Source: Amphiscolops sp. MND2022
Taxonomy: Eukaryota
Length of the DNA: 64,000 nt
Direction of reading: 5' to 3'
NCBI GenBank assembly: GCA_964187785.1
Contig: OZ076416.1
Coordinates: 930,001-994,000 of the forward strand
Positions 1-11,753 of this stretch are shown one piece after another (within the stretch, counting starts at the first letter, position 1; every line of letters starts with the position of its first letter). Both the position numbers and the translations under genes were made by a program. Under the pieces are notes generated by a model. The model was given only the letters and a program-made list of their open reading frames with translations. It was not told the origin of the DNA and did no database searches.

Positions 1-480
1 CACAGCGCAACAAATTGGATTTTGAAAAAACCCAAAGGGTCCCACCTTTTACCATTTCAAGAAGTTTGAGTTTTTTGAGCCTTAGATATGGCGCCGTCTT
101 TAGACGTTCTCGTCTTGTTCACAACATAATCTCCACATAATCTTTTCACTAAATAATTTTGTTTCCGCGGATCTTTATACCGGCAAAAAATGCATGAAAC
201 AGTCGAAATCGTAAACGTTCAGAATTCTCTGCTCCTTCCAGGCAATTCTTCTCCACAAAACTAAGTCTAGTTACCAAAGCTTTTGTTGTTGATCTCTGGT
301 ATATTCATACCAACAAAAATCAAGGACTGTAATTACAAAAGATGATTCAATTAAGGTTACAGACATTTTACAAAGTTGCAAAAAATGTCAAACAAAATGG
401 AATTTCTCCAATCAGAGTTTTTTTGGTGATAAACATCAGAATTCTCGCCTGAAAAAAAAGTGCTAGGTATAGGATTCGTT

Positions 481-2062
481 TGTCGCAGACGGCCGCCTGC
501 GATGGTAACTGGTACACGGTCGCATATGGTTATTGAAGGGCCCTACCCGGGAAAATTCCACTAGATTGAGGAAATATCAGCAGTTGAGCCAAGAAGTCCA
601 AGAATTCCAAGGCAGACATAATTAAAACTTTTCCGATAAAACTGTTTTGTATTACTGGTTTGTGATATAACATGTAATTGCATACAGTTAGTTGCCATAT
701 TACTTGTTAGTTATATTTTAAAACATGTAAATATAATTAGATGTGCTATGAATTGGACACCAAAGCGTACAGGTAGAGGAAACGCGTTCAAAGTGTTCCC
801 TCTTCTGTCGCTGTGGACAAGCAGTCCAAATTAAATTCAACCAATCACATCTCAGCATTCAACTGAACACTCTAATACAGCGCTAATAATAGAGGACATT
901 ATGGCCACGCGCCGTTTTTTCTCAAAAATTGATATACTCGCTAAGGCGATTGGAAAATGAGTCCAATTTGACTGGTGCTTTCAAGATTGTAGTAATAGAC
1001 TTAATTTGAAAAATAGTGTTGCGTACAATTACAGTCTTACAAATAAAGGTGCTATATCTGATGCCCTCGTTTGGCTAAAAAGCCGTATTTGGCCAAAGTC
1101 CAATTTCTTCTATCTAAAGTTTATGCGAGTGTGATCAAAACATGTAATTATTGCATGAATGTTACATGCAGTGTTGCCTTCATAATCATAAAAGTGCAGT
1201 TATCCCTTAGGGACGTTAGTTGAAATAGATGAACGAAGCGGTGTAACGCCTTTGATGTGGCCAAAAGGTCATTACGTCATGTAACCCGTAAATAGGTGAT
1301 GCTTTTTTAGATTAGTATTTTACTATTTTTAGAACATGACAGTTATTTTTTCAATGATCATGCAATCTATCCTCTATATACCCGGAACTCTTGGACGGGG
1401 GGACATAATTTGATAATATATGCAGCCTATCAATTGATCTTGTTTGTTTGCAAGCCTAAAGATAATCAATTCTTACCTCTTGCAATAGTCTCTTATGCCT
1501 TCCACAAGGAAAGAAAAGGCGAAAGCTAGAAAGTCAAGGGAAATGGACATGATGTCTGACTTTGAAAATATGGATGTAATGATTGGGAATGGTAACACCA
1601 ATCCTATCGAACGCGAACTTTCAAACATGATTGGAAATGAAGTAAACAATTAAGGCATTGAGTCTAATCCCCAATCTTTGCGGTATGAGACTCATGAAAA
1701 TGAATTTGGACATTACGCTCATGAAAATGCAATTCCCAGACAGGATATGGTTCAAGAAACACTAGAAACTTTCACTAGCGAATTTAACATGTGACTTTCG
1801 CAAGAAATGGATTCAATGATGTCATTATTGCATAGTCAGATAAGCAGGGCGATTAGCACGCCGATAACCGAAAGAGTAATTCCAGAAACTCAAAATATAG
1901 TGAGCTCGATTTCATCCTCAGGGAACCGAGACACTGAGACCGGTTCGTCCCCTAATAATCAGAAAGACGCTGAAACGAACAATGGGTTCAGAAATAAAAT
2001 TACGAAAAAGGACTCACGGTCTACTGGCGACCTTAGAACACCTAGAGACAGTAGTCCTTACA
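481..2062 (+). repeat. 5' LTR of element A (1582 bp)
   Basis: TGTCGCAGAC...CCTTACA matches 16315-17760 apart from scattered substitutions and an indel at about 690-835. Confidence 0.95.
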
Positions 2063-3186
2063 TAGTGACAGTAGCTACCGACACCCAACGGCAAAGTCCT
2101 GAATTCCTGTCCGGCGAATCCACTCACACCCGAACCTTGAGAGACAAGAATCGAGCCATAATGCCTATCTGGACACTACTCTACCTGCCCCAGAGCCTGA
2201 GGCGCCACAAACACCCCATGACCCGTTAAACAGATTGGCTGACGTACTGGTCAATCTCCAGAACAAACCACAGACAATGACAATTAGACCAATTACAACC
2301 ACCTCCATGACATTTGATGGCAAAAGCGAAAAATTTGAACTCTTTGAGGACTTGTTCCATACAATGATAAAAATGCAACCAGTGACGACCGAGCAAATGA
2401 AAAAAAATCATTTTCATTCCTTGCTACGGAAAGGGGCACTGCAAACATTCAGGAACATAAACACCATCAACCGTCAAACACTTGAAGACGTTCTGGTCAT
2501 ATTCCGACGCAAATTTGTAAAACCAGAATTGCCAAGCAACAGCCAAACACAAGTGGCACTGACTCATCGTTGACCCTAATACGATGAAATTACCTGACCT
2601 TTTAGAGGAGCTGAACCAAGGTGTCGAGAAAGCCTTCGGTGAAAAGGCCAAAAGCATGATTGACAGCTTGCTCTATGCCAAATTACCACCAAAACTAAAG
2701 CGATCTGTCAACATGGCCCGTCTAGAGAATGGGACATATGAAGAAATTGTAGCTCATCTTGAAAGAGAGCTCGAACTCAATGCATTGGAGGAATCGAATG
2801 ACCTACCTCAGCGTCCACAAGTAGCCGCAGCTTGCTATCCACTGGCATTGACACCAACAAAGAAGCACAATGCGCTTACTGCAAGGCAAACGGCCATTTT
2901 TACAACAATTGTCCAAAGTTGAAAAAGAAAAAGGAATTAGAGGACAAGACTGGCAATACACCGCAGCGCCCAACATACCCACCGTGTGACACATGCGGAA
3001 GAAAACCATCCGACAGAACGATGCTGGCAAGGCGCTGCTGCACACCTACGACCCAAGAGGAATCGCAATGATGACAAAAATAACGATGACTCAAATGAGG
3101 ATGAAAAACCCAAGAAGACAAATAATAATGATGAAACATCCTCCTCAGGCCAATCCACTTCCAAAAAGGCCGAATCAGAAAATTGA
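1495..3186 (+). pseudogene. gag: Gag of element A (stops and frameshifts), two CCHC zinc knuckles, start codon inside the LTR
   Basis: ATG 1495 (MPSTRKEKAKARK) is in frame with track ORF 1807-2229. Capsid-like stretch TFDGKSEKFELFEDLF. Knuckles CAYCKANGHFYNNC and CDTCGRKNHPTERC. Confidence 0.9.
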
Positions 3187-3199
3187 TTTAGCCACGACT

Positions 3200-6100
3200 C
3201 CAAATACATGACTATATGTCAGTACGACAATATGTCATATCAGATCCTCCAATAATAAACTTCCGACAATATGTTAAAGACACCAATGGCATCCCGTCCG
3301 TTGTCTGGCAGCAACAGATGGAATAAGCCTACATCAAAAGTTACAAAGCAGTACATAATGATCGCCCAGACCGATACTATGACATGGACTACACTAAAAA
3401 CGTTGAGACCCCAATCCGCCCATTACCATTAATCGATGATTACAACCCTCAATACATCAACCCCGACTACGGAAAAGACCCGTATTGGGATGAAGAAGTA
3501 TACGATAAACAAAACATACAATTTAGACGCGACGAATATCCTCCAACGGATGACGAAGAAGACTCTGAGATACGGGACAACAAACTAACTCAAGCCCTCA
3601 TTGAACTTTGGCAAACAAACACCGAAGCAATGTTCTCAGAAATAGAAGAACCATACCATCAGGAGGACCCCCAGGGCCCTTCTAGCCTTTTGGATGAAAA
3701 AGCCTTCTTGCACTTTTTAGTTGAAAAGGAAGGAGAACCATCATACGTTCCCCTTTCAACAAACCTTGGACTCAAATTTGAGAGACGGATACTGTATTTC
3801 CCAATGGATTTTGGGGAGCTAACCTAAGACGGCCTAATAGACACTGGGACCCACTCCAGTGCCATACCAGAAGCAGATCTCCGGAAAATACGATTATTGG
3901 CGCCTCAATCCATAGTAAAGGAGAGACTTGCTCCATCTTTCCAAATAATGGTCGCAAATGGGGATTTAGAAACTCCGAAAAGTACCGTCGAACTAAAGTT
4001 TGAAGTCGGAGACATGGAGTTCTATGAAAATTTCATAGTAATGAAAAAATTGTCTAGTCCCATACTTGGACTGATGTTTCTGCAAAGAAACCACACAGTT
4101 CTGGACATGCGCCAAGGTATTTCAAACTTTCCCTATTTCTCAATGCAACTCAAAACGGCTGACCATAAAAACTCAAATGTACTGGAACCTATCCTCTACC
4201 CCGAGGATGTCACAATCTCGCCCAATGACCATGCAGTCATACCTATCAAATCTCAAATCTACGCAGAAAATGCAGTTACGGACATACTACAACCCAATGA
4301 CCTTCTGCATGAAGAAGGCGACATAACCTTTTGTGCCGCTATAGTCACACTACATGAAGGGACTATGAGGATACACGTCAACAATATCACCGATCAACCT
4401 TACAAACACAAGAAAGGGATGCATATGGCCAATTTCTCAGTAATGACTCCTGAGCAGAAGAAGTATGTCAGGCCAATAGACCCAGTGTCCGCCTGGCATT
4501 TACTCAATGAAAATGAAGAAGATGCAATTTACTACATTAGCAGCCTCCTTAAAGCTAACAGGAACAGCGACCAATACGAACAATATTGGTTTCCAACACC
4601 TGAAAATCCAGGGGACGAAACGACTCATACCCCAATACAGCAAAGAATCCTCAGAGAATTACGAAAATTGCAAGATTTAGAACAACTCAATCCGCATGAT
4701 GACGCAGAATCCCGCCGGAAACTCCTCAGCAATTTTGACTGGGAAGACTCAATGCTACAACAGCATGAGATTAGACAAATAGAAACTCTATCAGTAGAAT
4801 TCCATGGTATTTTCGCACGCCATAGATTTGACAATGGCGTCAACGAAGCATTTACAGTCTAATTGACACCAAAGGACGAATCACCTGCTTACAGTCAGAG
4901 CCTACCTACTCCGGTCAACCTCAAAGAGGACATATTGGTCGAACTGGCGCTACTCCACAAATATGGTAAGATAACGACATTACCATTCTCAAAGTACGCC
5001 AGTCCCATATTTGCGCAGAAAAAACCCAATGGAAAACGGAGACTGTTGGTGGATTCGAGAAAAATTAATATTCTGATCTCAGATGATTACGTCAAAAACA
5101 ACCACCCAGTCAGCACCTTGACGGATGCTGCGCAACACATTGCCGGCTATAAACTTTTTTGCAAATTCGACTGTTCACAAGCTTACCATTGCTTCCCCAT
5201 GGCGGACCAGAAATCCATTCAAATGCTAGGCTTTAACTTCGCCAGTAGGACATTTGCCTACAGGAGATAAGCTCAAGGACTCAGCCGAGCCCTATTGGCT
5301 TTCTCCAGTTTATGAGAGAATATCTGGATCGTGTTATGAAAGCAGACCAGTGCGCTCAATATGTAGACCATATTGGCGTTGCGGCAATAGACGCCAGACA
5401 ACTCATCGCCAACTTAAGAGCAACACTCCAATGCATCAGAGAAGCGGGATTGAAACTATCCATGCACAAGGCCACTTTGGGGGCACTGAAATCGACTTCC
5501 TTGGAAGAACAAATTCCCCTGAAGGGGTCAAACCTCAAAATAAAAGAATTACTAATTTCTTATAAAAAAACGAAACTTCTGAAATCCAAGAAGGCCTTAC
5601 AACGTTACCTTGGCTTCCTCAATTACTACAGGAAATACATACCGAGAAATTATTTCCATTCTTCCAACTCCTCAAAAAAGACGAAAAGGTCCTGGTGGCA
5701 ACAGAACTAGTAGAACAGTTCAATGAAATCAACAGAGACCTGGACAGGCGTAGTCAATTAGCACTGAAACAACCATTACCAAACAAACCATTGGTCCTTA
5801 TGACCGATGCTAGTTTTACGGCAGCCGGTTACGCCATACTGACCGAAGACGACCCAAACCAGAAATTCACTTCCGTCAAAAAGTTCTATGCGCCAATAGC
5901 ATATGGATCAAAAACTTTCAATCCTTCTCAGCCCAAAATGTCATTATATGCAAAGGAATTCCTAGCAATATATTACGCGTTCAAGGAGTTCGGACACATC
6001 TTCTGGGGAACGCCTAAACCAGTAATCATCCTCACGGATAGTAAATCGGTCACAAGGTTCTTCCAGACAAAGATAATACCACCGCCACTCTGGAACGCTT

Positions 6101-7103
6101 GTGATTTTGTGATCCATTTAAACGTCACTATAGCTCTTATTCCATGCAAAAATAACACAGCGGCGGATTACCTGTCTCGCATGGAAAAGAACCCTACGGA
6201 AAAATTAGTCCTGAAAATACGCGAGGACGTGGAAACACGACCAATTGAAGTTAATGTCCAATCGGCAGGAGTGTCCGAAGAAGAACAAGTCTTTTTCACT
6301 GAAGAAGACAATGAAACGGAAGAAAGATTTGGGAACGGAAAAAACAATCTCAAAAGGAACTCAAGGTCCCTGAGCCAATATTACATATTGATACAATTAC
6401 GGAAAAATCCAACAGGAGGAATATTCTGAGGAACTTCCTCAACAAGCTTTTCGGTACAATCATTACCTGCATAGATTTGACGGTCTAGTCTTGAAAGATG
6501 AAACTATAACACGACATTACTATGATGAAACTGGACAAGTTAAATATCACCAAATTCTACTGCCAAAACATTTTATGAGAGAACTATTGCAAGCAATACA
6601 CGGCACAGCACATCGACACCCAGGCTTTTCCAAAATGCTACAGGGAATACGACAACAATACTACTACCCAGGGATAGCAAAACATGTCAAAAAGTGGGTA
6701 GAAGGATGCGAGATATGTGCCAAGGACAAGCACGTCCCTAAAAACGCAATAACACCGGAACTCCTTAATTTGCCTGAATGGGACCTTGGACCAGAAGATG
6801 CCATGCAAATTGACTTGCTACCAAACTTACCTTGGAGACTTGCTAGTGGAAGATACCAAACAGTGATGACAGCGATTGACTTCTCTTCAAGATATTTATT
6901 TGCATACCCGCTAATTGAGGCAACTGCCTTAAATGTAGCGAAAGTGATAATTGATATCATGACAAAACATTCATACCTGCCAACAACCGTCATCACGGGC
7001 AAAGGGTCCGCGTTTACATCCACAATTTTAGCAGAAATTACAAAAATTTTATGCATAACACTTAGATGCGCCACAACTAAACACCCGAAGACCATGTGCA
7101 AAC
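3200..7103 (+). pseudogene. pol: Pol of element A, first tandem copy (PR, RT, RNase H, truncated INT)
   Basis: Protease LIDTG about 3835. RT LLVDSRKIN and QYVDHIG. RNase H LMTDASF, KEFLAI, ILTDS. INT HGTAHRH..CEIC and QIDLLP. The copy breaks off at TTKHPKT. Confidence 0.95.
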
Positions 7104-10100
7104 CATACCATCAGGAGGACCCCCAGGGCCCTTCTAGCCTTTTGGATGAAAGAGCCTTCTTGCACCTTTTAGTTGAAAAGGAAGGAGAACCATCATACGT
7201 TCCCCTTTCAACAAACCTTGGACTCAAATTTAAGAGACGGATGCTGTATGTATTTCCCAATGGATTTCAATTCCAATAGATCCCAATGGAGCTAACCTTA
7301 GACGGCCTAATAGACACTGGGACCCACTCCAGTGCCATACCAGAAGCAGATCTCCGGAAAATACGATTATTGGCGCCTCAATCCATAGTAAAGGAGAGAC
7401 TTGCTCCATCTTTCCAAATAATGGTCGCAAATGGGGATTTAGAAACTCCGAAAAGTACCGTCGAACTAAAGTTTGAAGTCGGAGACATGGAGTTCTATGA
7501 AAATTTCATAGTAATGGAAAAATTGTCTAGTCCCATACTTGGACTGATGTTTCTGCAAAGAAACCACACAGTCCTGGACATGCGCCAAGGTATTTCAAAC
7601 TTTCCCTATTTCTCAATGCAACTCAAAACGGCTGACCATAAATACTCAAATGTACTGGAACCTATCCTCTACCCCGAGGATGTCACAATCTCGCCCAATG
7701 ACCATGCAGTCATACCTATCCAATCTCAAATCTACGCAGAAAATGCAGTTACGGACATACTACAACCCAATGACCTTCTGCATAAAGAAGGTGACATAAC
7801 CTTTTGTGCCGCTATAGTCACACTACATGAAGGGACTATGAGGATTCACGTCAACAATATCACCGATCAACCCTACAAACACAAGAAAGTGTTGCAGTGA
7901 TGGCCAATTTCTCAGTAATGACTCCTGAGCAGATGAAGTATGTCAGGCCAATAGACCCAGTGTCCACCTGGCATTTACTCAATGAAAATGAAGAAGATGC
8001 AATTTACTACATTAGCAGCCTCCTTAAAGCTAACAGGAACAGCGACCAATACGAACAATATTGGTTTCCAACACCTGAAAATCCAGGAGACGAAACGACT
8101 CATACCCCAATTCAGCAAAGAATCCTCCGAGAATTACGAAACTTGCAAGATTTAGAACAACTCAATCCGCATGATGACGCAGAATCCCGCCGGAAATTCT
8201 TCAGCAATTTTAACTGGGAAGACTCAATGCTACAACAGCATGAGATCAGACAAATAGAAACTCTATTAGTAGAATTCCATGATGTTTTCGCACGCCATAG
8301 ATGACATTGGCGTCAACGAAAAAATTACAGTCAAATTGACCCCAAAGGACGAATCACCTGCTTACAGTCAGAGCCTACCTACTCCAGTCAACTTCAAAGA
8401 GGACATATTGGTCGAACTGGCGCTACTTCACAAATATGGTATTATAACGACATTACCATTCTCAAAGTACGCCAGTTCCATATTTGCGAAGAAAAAACTC
8501 AATGGAAAACTGAGACTGTTAGTGGATTTGAGAAAAAATAATAATCTGATTTCAGATGATTACGTCAATACCAACCACCCAGTCAGCACCTTGACGGATG
8601 CTGCGCAACACATGGCCGGCAAAAAACTTTTTTGCAAACTCGACTGTTCACAAGCTTACCATTGCTTCCCCATGGCGGACCAGAAGTCCATAGAAATGCT
8701 AGGCTTTAACTTCGCCAGTAGGACATTTACCTACAGGAGATTAGCTCAAGGACTCAGGTGAGCCCTATCAGCCTTCTCCAGTTTTATGAGAGAAAATCTG
8801 GATCGGGTTATAAAAGCCGACCAAAGCGCTCAATGTGTAGACGATATTGGCGTTGCGGCAATAGACGCCAAATAACTCATCGCCAACTTAAGAGCAACAT
8901 TCCACTGCATCAGAGAAGCGGGATTGAAACTATCCATGCATAAGTTCCACTTTGGGGCCACTGAAATTGACTTCCTTGGAAGAACAAGTACCCCTGAAGG
9001 GGTCAAACCCCAAAAGGAAAGAATTACTAAATTCTTGAAAAAAACGAAATTTCCGAAATCCAAGAAGGCCTTAAAACGTTACCTTGGCTTCCTCAATTAC
9101 TACAGGAATTACATACCGAGATTATCCGAAAAAATTGTTCCATTCTTCCAACTCCTCAAAAAATACGAAAAGGTCCTGGTGGCAACAGAACTAGTAGAAC
9201 AGTTCAATGAAACCAACAGAGACCTGGACAGGCGTAGTCAATTAGCACTGAAACAACCATTACCAAACAAACAATTGGTCCTTAGGACCGATGCGAGTTT
9301 TACGGCAGCCGGTTACGCCATACTGACCGAAGACGACCCAAACCAGAAATTCACTTCCGTCAAAAAGTCGTATGCGCCAATAGCATATGGATCAAAAACT
9401 TTCACTCCTTCTCAGCTCAAAATGTCAACATATGCAAAGGAATTACTAGCAATTCTTTACGCGTTCAAGGAGTTCGGACACATCTTCTGGGGAACACCTA
9501 AACCAGTAATCATCCTCACGGATAATAAATCGGTAACAAAGGTTCTTCCAGACAAAGATAATACCACCGCCACTCTGGAACGCTTGTGATTTTGTGATCC
9601 AATTCAACTTTACTATAGCTCACATTCCATGCAAAAATAACACAGCGGCGGATTACCTGTCCCGCATGGAAAATTACCCTACTGAAAAATTAGTCCTGAA
9701 AATACGCGAGGACGTGGAAACACGACCAATTGAAGTTAATGTCCAATCGGCAGGAGTGTCCGAAGAAGAACAAGTCTTTTTCATTGAAGAAGACAATGAA
9801 ACGGAAGAACAGATTTGGGAACGGAAAAAACAATCCCAAAAGGGACTCAAGGTCCCTGAGCCAATAATACATATTGATGCAATTACGGAAAACTCTGTGG
9901 AGGAAATCATCAATTTCACTCAGAAACTACGACGAACAAACCAAACATTACTAGAGCAGTCTAAAGATCAGACGCTACGACAATTGAAAGCAAAAATCCA
10001 ACAGGAGGAATATTCTGAGGAAATTCTTCAATAAGCTTTTCGGTACAAACATTACCTGCATAGATTTGACCGTCTAGTCCTGAAAGATGAAATTATAACA

Positions 10101-10683
10101 CGACAATACTATGATGAAACTGGACAAGTTAAATATCACCAATTTCTACTGCCAAAACATTTACTGAAAAAACTATTGCAAGCAATACACGGCACGGCAC
10201 ATCGACACCCAGGCATTTCCAAAATGCTACAGGGAATACGACAAAAATACTACTACCCAGGGATAGCAAAACATGTCAAAATGTGGGTAGAAGGATGCGA
10301 GATATGTGCCAAGGACAAGCACGTCCCTAAAAACGCAATAACACCGGAACTTCTTAATTTGCCTGAATGGGACCTTGGACCAGAAGATGCCATGCAAATT
10401 GACTTGCTACCAAACTTACCCGCTAGTGGAGGATACCAAACGGTGATGACAGCGATTGACTTCTTTTCAAGATATTTCTTTGCATACCCGCTAATTGAGG
10501 CAACTGCCACAAATGTAGCGAAAGTGATAATTGATATCATGACAAAACATTCATACCTGCGAACAACCGACATCACGGACAAAAGGTCCGCGTTTACCTC
10601 CAGAATTATAGCAGAAAATACAAAAATTTTGGGCATAACACTTAGATGCGCCACAACTAAACACCCGAAGACCATTGGCAAAC
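3652..10683 (+). repeat. About 3.45 kb tandem duplication inside pol of element A
   Basis: CCATACCATCAGGAGGACCCCCAGG at about 3651 and about 7103. ACACCCGAAGACCAT at 7081 and 10661. The junction shares AAC microhomology. Confidence 0.95.
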
Positions 10684-11599
10684 TAGAAAGGACGCATGCC
10701 TCACTTAAAACAAATTTAAAAATGGCTTCAGGGGAATATCGACGACAATGGTACAGATACCTGCCATTCGCTGTGCTCAACTATAATACTACATATCATT
10801 CTAGTATTGGATGCGAGCCAAGTAAAGTCTTTCATGGCCGAATTCCCTTAGATCATAAATTGGGAAACAATCCCAACAAAAATTTCTTGCCAACTACAGA
10901 AATTGAAGAAGACGTACAAAACAGGACACGAGTCTTCATAGATCAAACCAAATTGAATATCATGCAGTCCTATTTGAAATACAAAGACTACTATGACAGA
11001 AAAGCCAAAGCTGCTCCGCATAAAGAAAAGGATTACTGCTTTATATTACATCCTAAAGCTGACAGTCAGACATCAAAAATTCCATTTAGAGTATTCCAAT
11101 GGATTGGACCTTTCATCATTCAAAAAGTCTTAGCAAACGATAACTATGTCGTGCGTCGGGTTAATACAAATAAAACGCAAATACTACACCGGATTAGACT
11201 GAAAAAATTTGTACCTAATACGCCCTTACAGGACATTTTTTGGCTGGCGAAAAACTACAGCCCGACGAGGAGATAGTGAAACCGCAAGACGATTTGTATA
11301 CTATTTTATGGGAGGTAGATTTTGACTACGACTTGTTTGAAACGAGAAAAGATGATTGGCCGGACACAGCCACGCGTCTGCCGAACGACGCCGCAAGTGG
11401 CGGAGTGGACTATTACGTCACCGAAGTTGAACGCTGCAGCTCGGATGAAGATGAAAAACGCAGCGGTGAACAAGCGAATGCAAGTGACGTCAACGAGAAT
11501 CAAATAGAGCCGAGACCGGCCAACAGCCGAGACGCGACGTCCCCGCTAAATGAATCGCCTAGTGGTCAGAAAATGAAAATGACGTCATTAATGATTTAG
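7104..11599 (+). pseudogene. pol: Pol of element A, second tandem copy, through to complete integrase
   Basis: LIDTG, LLVDLRK, CVDDIG, RTDASF. INT HHCC, D-D-E (QIDLL, ITDKR, KLERTH) and GPF motif WIGPFII. Acidic C-terminal tail to 11599. Confidence 0.95.
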
Positions 11600-11753
11600 A
11601 CAACACGGAAATCGCTTCAAGCGAAATATATATATAAAACAGAAAGTAAGACTGTAAAACACATGACAAGCAACTCCAAAGTAACAACCAAACAAGGTAA
11701 AACAGAATTGAACAAAGTACAAGTTCATACAACAAAATGTACACTATGTACAT

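Noticed and set aside
2063-2080. PBS of element A (TAGTGACAGTAGCTACC)
   Set aside because: It sits in the expected position but lacks the TGG start and I cannot match it to a tRNA 3' end, so it is not called.
6664-10780. Minus-strand ORFs over pol (6664-7101, 10253-10780 and similar ones over B, C and BEL)
   Set aside because: They are shadows of coding sequence on the other strand, with no motifs or splice support.
11240-11599. Chromodomain at the end of element A integrase
   Set aside because: The tail is acidic and low-complexity with no aromatic-cage pattern.
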